In this document: positions 9,558 through 14,575 of the stretch, piece by piece
Numbering within the stretch: position 1 is the stretch's first letter
Layout: every line of letters starts with the position of its first letter
The notes under the pieces: generated by a model
Databases searched by the model: none
What the model saw: the letters and a program-made list of their open reading frames with translations, nothing else
Told to the model about the DNA's origin: nothing
Translations under genes and position numbers: made by a program
Source: an uncultured virus (IMG/VR IMGVR_UViG_3300010429_001166)
Taxonomy: Duplodnaviria; Heunggongvirae; Uroviricota; Caudoviricetes
IMG/VR virus record: IMGVR_UViG_3300010429_001166
Direction: 5' to 3' (one strand)
DNA length: 20,000 nt

Positions 9558-9574
9558 TCCTCTTTCTTGTAGTG
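9558..9574 (-). repeat. Leader/RBS repeat copy 2 (CACTACAAGAAAGAGGA)
   Basis: Near-identical to CACTACAACAACAGAGGA at 10641-10624; each copy precedes an ATG by 6-7 nt. Confidence 0.7.
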
Positions 9575-9846
9575 GAAGGTGCGCCCCCGTGCGTGCCTGC
9601 CGTGGGGCGCTCTCCTTGGTTTCCCTACCTGCTCAGTGCTGTGACGATAATGACTAACAATGCCGGTGTCTTAGCCACCTATACGACCGATCCTTGAAGC
9701 AGGCAGAAGTGCTTGGGGGATCGGGTTGGATTTGAACCAACGTTTCCGGCAAATAGGTTGATGTACTGAGCAAGTACCTTGCGCTAACGGTGTCTAGGCG
9801 AAACGCAAACGAGATTGCGTGACACTGACGACAACGCTAACACTGC
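9575..9846 (-). ncRNA. Structured ncRNA candidate with a circularly permuted tRNA-like domain (Y RNA/YrlA-like topology); ends approximate
   Basis: Minus-strand order: TGCCGG (9751-9746), AAAC, T arm GTTGG-TTCAAAT-CCAAC (9741-9725), CCGATCC (9724-9718), C-CCA (9717-9714), 20-nt linker, GGATCGG (9693-9687), TC, D arm GTAT-AGGTGGCTA-AGAC (9684-9668), A, CCGGCA (9666-9661). Closing 12-bp stem 9776-9765 with 9637-9626; GC-rich hairpin 9610-9581. Confidence 0.8.
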
Positions 9847-10617
9847 CTAGCCCTTCAACGGCTCCAGAATCAAGCCGGTAATCTTGTCTGCAATCGAGCC
9901 CTGCACAACCGTCGTCTCGTTCGCGCGCATGCGCGCCTGCTTCACTTCAACCAGCAGTTCATCGAGACGCTTGATCGCGTCGGACTTCTGAATTGCCGTC
10001 GCTGCACCCGTGCGCCGCACCGTGGTGAACTTGCCCACCACAATGTCTTTGCCAATGGCCTGCACCTGCGCGGGGTGCTCCCTCGTCGCTTCCTTCAACG
10101 TCACCGGGACGATCTGCTTCTCGGTCTTCGTGGTTTCTTCCGGATGCACTGCCACCATCACGTTCTTGCCTTCGTCGGCGGCGGGCTTCCATTCCTTCGT
10201 TGCATCGACGGTCGGGATCGCAACGAACAGTTCGCGGATGCGCGTCAGCCGTGCCTCAAGGCCGAGCAACTGATCCACCGGCAGATCGATGAGCAGTGGC
10301 TGGCCTTGCCAGTTCACGGTGCCCACTGCACCCTGATTCGTCTTGTTCTTCTGGAACTGCAGGTCTTCCGCAGTCTTGAAGATGCCCAGCGCGTAATCGA
10401 GTGTGTCGAACACCGTGGTCGGCAGCGCCTTTTCTTCGCGCGCCGCCGCTTCGATTGCCTTGTTCTCCGCCGTATCTTCGATCATGGCCAGCGACTTCGT
10501 GTGGCCTTCGAAGAAGTGCGACGGCGACTTGAACTTCTTCAGCGTGTCTTCGTACAACTGGTTCCATGCTGAAACGGTCGTCTTCTCCGCCGCCAGCACT
10601 TCGTGGAGCTTTGCCAT
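9847..10617 (-). CDS. Uncharacterised helical/coiled-coil protein (256 aa) encoded directly upstream of the tRNA-like RNA
   Basis: ATG 10617 lies 6 nt after AGAGGA (preferred to TTG 10623). Motifs 'MAKLHEVLAAEK', 'LPVDQLLGLE', 'EATREHPAQV', 'VGKFTT...TGA', 'VKQARMRAN' resemble, from memory, a widespread uncharacterised bacterial/phage family (possibly DUF7873; unverified). Confidence 0.88.
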   Translation of the reverse strand: MAKLHEVLAAEKTTVSAWNQLYEDTLKKFKSPSHFFEGHTKSLAMIEDTAENKAIEAAAREEKALPTTVFDTLDYALGIFKTAEDLQFQKNKTNQGAVGTVNWQGQPLLIDLPVDQLLGLEARLTRIRELFVAIPTVDATKEWKPAADEGKNVMVAVHPEETTKTEKQIVPVTLKEATREHPAQVQAIGKDIVVGKFTTVRRTGAATAIQKSDAIKRLDELLVEVKQARMRANETTVVQGSIADKITGLILEPLKG

Positions 10618-10623
10618 TTTCAA

Positions 10624-10641
10624 TCCTCTGTTGTTGTAGTG
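10624..10641 (-). repeat. Leader/RBS repeat copy 1 (CACTACAACAACAGAGGA)
   Basis: Matches 9574-9558 with one substitution and one indel. Confidence 0.7.
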
Positions 10642-10649
10642 TGAAGCGA

Positions 10650-10678
10650 ACAGTACCGGAGCATTTTCCGGGTGTCAA
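10650..10678 (-). promoter_or_regulatory. Sigma70-type promoter TTGACA-N17-TACTGT with an inverted repeat in the spacer
   Basis: Perfect -35 (10678-10673), 17-nt spacer, -10 TACTGT (10655-10650) with the conserved TA...T; lies in the 60-bp gap after the helicase stop; CCGGA-N6-TCCGG at 10656-10671. Confidence 0.8.
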
Positions 10679-10683
10679 GAACT

Positions 10684-12243
10684 TTACGCAGCCATTTCTT
10701 CCTGATACAAGTCAACCAGCGCGTTGTGCGTTTCGATGCGCTTCTCCAGCATGCGGTACATGCGCCGCTCCAGATCGGAGCCTTGCAGGTGTATCACCGT
10801 GACGTGGGTGCTGTCTTGTCCGATGCGGTCGGCTCGGGCGATGCACTGCAGGTACGTTTCCGTACTCATCACCGGCCCCCAGAACACTACCGTATCCGCC
10901 GCCGTCAGCGTAACTCCGTGTGCTGCCGCTTGCGGCTGGATCAACAGGATGCGGGTGTGCTTCTCTTTCTGGAAGACGTTGAAGATCGCCGTGCGCTTCC
11001 CGGGCGACACGTCGCCATGGATGCGCTCCACACCGTAGCCCCACGACACCAGCTTGTCGTACAGCACGTCCATGCTGTGCCGGTAGGGAACGAACACCAG
11101 CACCTTGCGGTCGGTATCCTCGATCACTTCCTGCAGCACGTTGAGGCGGGGGGCGCAGTCGAACTCCACCACCTCCCGGTTGTCGGTGTAGGCTGCGCCA
11201 GCCGATATCTGGAGCAACTTATTTACCCCGGCTGCTGCATTGACCGCCGTGATGCGCTCGCCAGCGGCCTTCGCCACCATCTGCTCCTTGATCTGCTTGT
11301 AATACTTGCTCTGCTGCGGAGTCAGCGCCACATCGCGTGCAGTCGTCAGCACGGGCGGCAAGTCGGTGCACTGTTCCTTGGTGAAACGTATTGCAGGCTG
11401 CAGGGCAGCGAACACTGTCTCCGTGGCATCTTTCTTCGGCACCCACTTGAATGTCGAGATGCGGTTCATCACCTTGTCGCGCCACGACGAGAAGAAGCGC
11501 GGCACACCGTTCGGGTTGACCAGCTTTGCCAGTCCGTATGCATCCTCCGGCGACTGCGCAGCCGGTGTACCAGTCATCATCCACAGCATCGTGGTCGAGT
11601 CTAGAATCTTGTTCACCGCCTTCCAGCGCTCCGTGCGGTCGTTTTTTAGGTGGGTGGACTCGTCCGCGATGATCAGATCGAAGCGTCCATCCTCCTTCAC
11701 TGCGTCGCCTACCAGCTTCAAACCGTCGTAATTGATGATGACGATTTCGTAGTCGCCGTTGATCAACTCTCTGCGTCTTGCAGCCTGCGCGTGATGCGCA
11801 ATGCACGCTGACCGATGAATGATGCTGCGGTTGATTTCCGACAGCCATACGCTGTCCATGATCGACAGCGGGCACAGGATCAGAACCCTGCGAACTTGAC
11901 CGACGCGCATCAGGTAGTCAGCAGCCCACAGTGCGCTTAATGATTTGCCTGTACCCGGGTCATTGAACACGAACGCACGCCGATTCAGCGTGAGGAACGC
12001 AGCCGTCGTCTTCTGATGTTCGAACGGCTTGAAGCGTGCGGGCCACGTGTACTTCTTCAGGATCGGACTGGGCGCGTCTTCGACGCCCAGATTGCGCAGG
12101 ACGCGTACCTCGTCCAGCCCCCATGACACCAACACCTCGTGCATGCCATTGCTGGAGCGCACGATGTGGCTGCGAGGGATGACCTTGAACTTATCCGGAT
12201 TGCGCGTGCGTAGCAGCAGCGCTTTGTTGTCTACGATTTGCAT
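10684..12243 (-). CDS. SNF2-family (SF2) helicase
   Basis: 'PFEHQ', motif I 'NDPGTGKS', Ia 'LILCPLS', II 'IIADESTH', III 'MTGTP', 'HGVTLTAAD', VI 'QCIARADRIGQ'. Likely start ATG 12243 (MQIVDNK); the ORF-track extension to 12360 overlaps the upstream gene. Confidence 0.92.
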   Translation of the reverse strand: MQIVDNKALLLRTRNPDKFKVIPRSHIVRSSNGMHEVLVSWGLDEVRVLRNLGVEDAPSPILKKYTWPARFKPFEHQKTTAAFLTLNRRAFVFNDPGTGKSLSALWAADYLMRVGQVRRVLILCPLSIMDSVWLSEINRSIIHRSACIAHHAQAARRRELINGDYEIVIINYDGLKLVGDAVKEDGRFDLIIADESTHLKNDRTERWKAVNKILDSTTMLWMMTGTPAAQSPEDAYGLAKLVNPNGVPRFFSSWRDKVMNRISTFKWVPKKDATETVFAALQPAIRFTKEQCTDLPPVLTTARDVALTPQQSKYYKQIKEQMVAKAAGERITAVNAAAGVNKLLQISAGAAYTDNREVVEFDCAPRLNVLQEVIEDTDRKVLVFVPYRHSMDVLYDKLVSWGYGVERIHGDVSPGKRTAIFNVFQKEKHTRILLIQPQAAAHGVTLTAADTVVFWGPVMSTETYLQCIARADRIGQDSTHVTVIHLQGSDLERRMYRMLEKRIETHNALVDLYQEEMAA

Positions 12244-12485
12244 ATCAAGTGGTTTCCGACAATCTGCGCGGACTTCGCACACACCAAGCGCAACAGCATC
12301 GCTGCGATGTGTCCGCTGTTTGCTGCCTGCGGAATGGAGTAGCCATCCGCAACGCGCCACACACGTTGTATTTCTTCAAGAGGCATCCGTTCCACCTCCG
12401 CAAGCGCATCCACAGCAATCGGAATGGACATGCCGTTCATGGTGATGGAAAACTCGAATTCTATTTCCGCTGCAGGTTCATTCAT
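12231..12485 (-). CDS. Hypothetical protein (84 aa)
   Basis: ATG 12485 (MNEPAAEIEF) overlaps the upstream stop by 8 nt and the gene fills the gap before the helicase. Confidence 0.6.
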   Translation of the reverse strand: MNEPAAEIEFEFSITMNGMSIPIAVDALAEVERMPLEEIQRVWRVADGYSIPQAANSGHIAAMLLRLVCAKSAQIVGNHLICKS

Positions 12486-12825
12486 CGTCAAGTCTGAACA
12501 CCTGTCGTCCATCATTGAGAAAGTGGCTTTCGAGCCGCGCCGCCTGATGAAGTCGAGTAGTCGCTGTTTCATAGAAATCGCCTTCGATTTCAGAACGAAG
12601 CACCCACGCGTTGCCCCACCGCGCACGCCACAGATTGACAAGCTCCTGCAACGACAGTTGCCCTGCTTCGCTGTTAAGCGCGTCGATGGTGAGGCTGGGC
12701 AGCGCCGATTCTTTGTCTACTCCCCACTTCAGTTCGCTCGATGCGTACGTGTCACCACTCACTTCTCCCGTTTCTTTATTCGACGTGAACAGTCTGTAGA
12801 ACTTGTTCGCCGTTATTTTTTCCAT
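12478..12825 (-). CDS. Hypothetical protein, paralog of 13086..13532
   Basis: GAGG RBS; 'LSLQELVNLWRARWGNAWV...RLHQAARLE...VFRLDDE'. Confidence 0.75.
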   Translation of the reverse strand: MEKITANKFYRLFTSNKETGEVSGDTYASSELKWGVDKESALPSLTIDALNSEAGQLSLQELVNLWRARWGNAWVLRSEIEGDFYETATTRLHQAARLESHFLNDGRQVFRLDDE

Positions 12826-13085
12826 TGCTGCTTTCCTCTTGGCGGCTTGTTGTGCATGTTGGTTTTCGGTGTCACCAGCCGCAGGTTGCCCGGAGTGCTC
12901 TTGCCGCCCTCCTTGATGGGCTTCTTGTGGTCGATATGCATGCCGGTGCGGTCGATGCCCGCCTTGTCGTACGCACGTCGCGCTTTCTGTCGTTCCAGAA
13001 AATCCTTGGTCTTGCCGCGTGCTTTGTCCTGCTGATACTGCTTGTCCCAGAACGCGGCATCGCGTTGGCTCTTTGGTGTAGGCAT
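12813..13085 (-). CDS. Small HNH endonuclease-fold protein
   Basis: 'HIDHKKPIKEGGKSTPGNLRLVTPKTN' is an HNH/HNN motif; basic N-terminus. Confidence 0.85.
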   Translation of the reverse strand: MPTPKSQRDAAFWDKQYQQDKARGKTKDFLERQKARRAYDKAGIDRTGMHIDHKKPIKEGGKSTPGNLRLVTPKTNMHNKPPRGKQQWKK

Positions 13086-13532
13086 TTAATCGTCCCTCAG
13101 TCGATAGACAGTGGTGATTCGCATGTCAGGTTTGCTGTACGTGTCAGCGGATTCAAACTGGTCGTTCTTGTGTAAACGAACAAACCAGCGCTTGTGTTCT
13201 TCACTTATTTCGGCGGGATTGATCCACTTCCCGGGAAAAACCGCGCTCCACAGCATGCGCAATTCTTTCAACGACACAGCGTAAGCGGGGGACTCCAGCA
13301 CATCAGGTGAAACTGCACCGCACTTCTCAACTTCAGCTTGAAACTGTGCTTCAGCGCGGAGTCTTTGCTTCTCTGCCATGAACTTTTCGGTTTTCTCGTA
13401 CATCTGAAACGGGTCGTATTGAGCATTTTTCTGCACCGCTTGCGCCCACCGCGCCTGCTCCATCTGCATTTCCGATTTCCGCGCGTCCGCTTCGCTTTTG
13501 AACCAGTCTCTAAAACTCGTACTTGCCATCAT
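13086..13532 (-). CDS. Hypothetical protein, paralog of 12478..12825
   Basis: GGAGAGG RBS, ATGA overlap with the exonuclease stop; 'VSLKELRMLWSAVFPGKWI...RLHKNDQFE...VYRLRDD'. Confidence 0.78.
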   Translation of the reverse strand: MMASTSFRDWFKSEADARKSEMQMEQARWAQAVQKNAQYDPFQMYEKTEKFMAEKQRLRAEAQFQAEVEKCGAVSPDVLESPAYAVSLKELRMLWSAVFPGKWINPAEISEEHKRWFVRLHKNDQFESADTYSKPDMRITTVYRLRDD

Positions 13533-14191
13533 CCTCTCCCGTTATGCGGGCATGTGATCACTGGACAATGCTTGCGGCACAGGCCCGATGGCCGCGCGTT
13601 CCAGTTGTTCTCTTCCATCGAGCGTTCGATCAATGCAGCACGTTGCCGGTAATCCCACCAGTGCCCGTGCCGGTCTTCGTCACTGAAGTTTTCCTTGACG
13701 ATCCTGTTCTTCAGAACGAAGAGCAGTGCACCTTTCACCCGCTTGATATTGGGAAAGTGCGCGAACACGAACAGCGCCATGAGCTTCAACTGCTCTGTGT
13801 CTGCGTATTTGTCGTTGCCCGTCTTGTAGTCCAACACCCATGCGGTGTAGTTGGGTTCATCGACAACGAGTAAGTCAGCGATGCCACGCACCCACACATC
13901 AGGTGCCTTCATGTCGCACGGTTGCAGCGCCGCCGTCAGTGCCATCTTGTGTTCGAAATACTTGTCACCGGGCTTGGCGAGCAATGCGTCCATCGTGGGC
14001 TGCATGAAAGAAAAAGCGGGGGGCAGTGCAATGCCGTCCCGCCCGTAAAGCTCGCATGCCTTGTGCAGTTGGTCGCCATACAGCGCCTGCTCACCCTTCT
14101 CCTGCGGGTAGTTCTTGGCGACGCGTAACTCGTAGTATTGCCGCGCACAGGTTTCGAAATTTTTCAACGATGAGTGCGACCAAGCCATCAC
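13529..14191 (-). CDS. PD-(D/E)xK RecB/Cas4-like exonuclease
   Basis: 'WSHSSLKNFETCARQY', 'GDQLH', 'RGIADL', 'LDYKTG', 'QLKLMA', C-terminal 'LCRKHCPVITCPHNG' (1+3 Cys arrangement of Cas4-like Fe-S nucleases). Confidence 0.9.
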   Translation of the reverse strand: MMAWSHSSLKNFETCARQYYELRVAKNYPQEKGEQALYGDQLHKACELYGRDGIALPPAFSFMQPTMDALLAKPGDKYFEHKMALTAALQPCDMKAPDVWVRGIADLLVVDEPNYTAWVLDYKTGNDKYADTEQLKLMALFVFAHFPNIKRVKGALLFVLKNRIVKENFSDEDRHGHWWDYRQRAALIERSMEENNWNARPSGLCRKHCPVITCPHNGRG

Positions 14192-14478
14192 TCATACTCC
14201 GCCGAGTGCAGTGCGTTATTTAGCTTCTTGGCAAACTCACCAACGAAGTTTTCGTTCTTGCACAGCCCCGTGCGGCCCATGTCCCACAGGATTGCGTGGG
14301 TCAGTTCGTGGAGATAGGTTTCGTGTTGTTGTTTCGGTGAGCGATGGGGCGCAACGACGATTGATCCCGGGCCTACTGAGCGCCACGTCCAACGCCCCCA
14401 AAGCACGTCTCTGTCTGTCGGCTCTCTCTTCACCACGTACTTCTTCCTACCAACTCGTATTCTTGTTGGTATTCTCAC
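14188..14478 (-). CDS. Small zincin-like metallopeptidase-fold protein (HExxH)
   Basis: 'ETYLHELTHAIL...NENFV'. GTG 14478 has GGAAGG upstream and a GTGA overlap with the mini-HTH stop (the ORF track uses 14487). Confidence 0.8.
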   Translation of the reverse strand: MRIPTRIRVGRKKYVVKREPTDRDVLWGRWTWRSVGPGSIVVAPHRSPKQQHETYLHELTHAILWDMGRTGLCKNENFVGEFAKKLNNALHSAEYE

Positions 14479-14573
14479 TTTGTGCACCTTCCCTTGAGGA
14501 TGTCACATATGCGTTGCGGCGATGCCGCGTACAGTGCCGCTATGTCTTTCAACCAGAGGCCGTTGTCACGCAT
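14475..14573 (-). CDS. 32-aa HTH mini-protein or HTH remnant (MRDNGLWLKDIAALYAASPQRICDILKGRCTK)
   Basis: Translated by hand: ATG 2 nt after the polymerase stop, TGA overlapping the next GTG; G...KDIA..Y..S...I..IL.G is an HTH pattern. Confidence 0.6.
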   Translation of the reverse strand: MRDNGLWLKDIAALYAASPQRICDILKGRCTK

Positions 14574-14575
14574 AT

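Noticed and set aside
9254..9697. 147-aa plus-strand ORF across the intergenic region
   Set aside because: Antisense to 9155..9550 and to the RNA element, with no recognisable motif; the region is better explained by the RNA structure.
9661..9751. Ordinary tRNA gene
   Set aside because: The halves are in reversed order and there is no closed 7-nt anticodon loop.
9714..9751. attP site (duplicated tRNA 3' end)
   Set aside because: No integrase in the window, and the complementary 5' half with a D arm follows 20 nt later, which a simple att core does not explain. Not formally excluded without the host tRNA sequences.
9575..9846. Two-piece tmRNA
   Set aside because: Lacks alanine identity (A3-U70 rather than G3-U70; C rather than A discriminator), has a real D stem, and no tag reading frame is evident.
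13529..14191. CRISPR-Cas locus suggested by the Cas4-like nuclease
   Set aside because: No repeat-spacer array or other cas genes; solo Cas4-like exonucleases are normal in phage replication modules.
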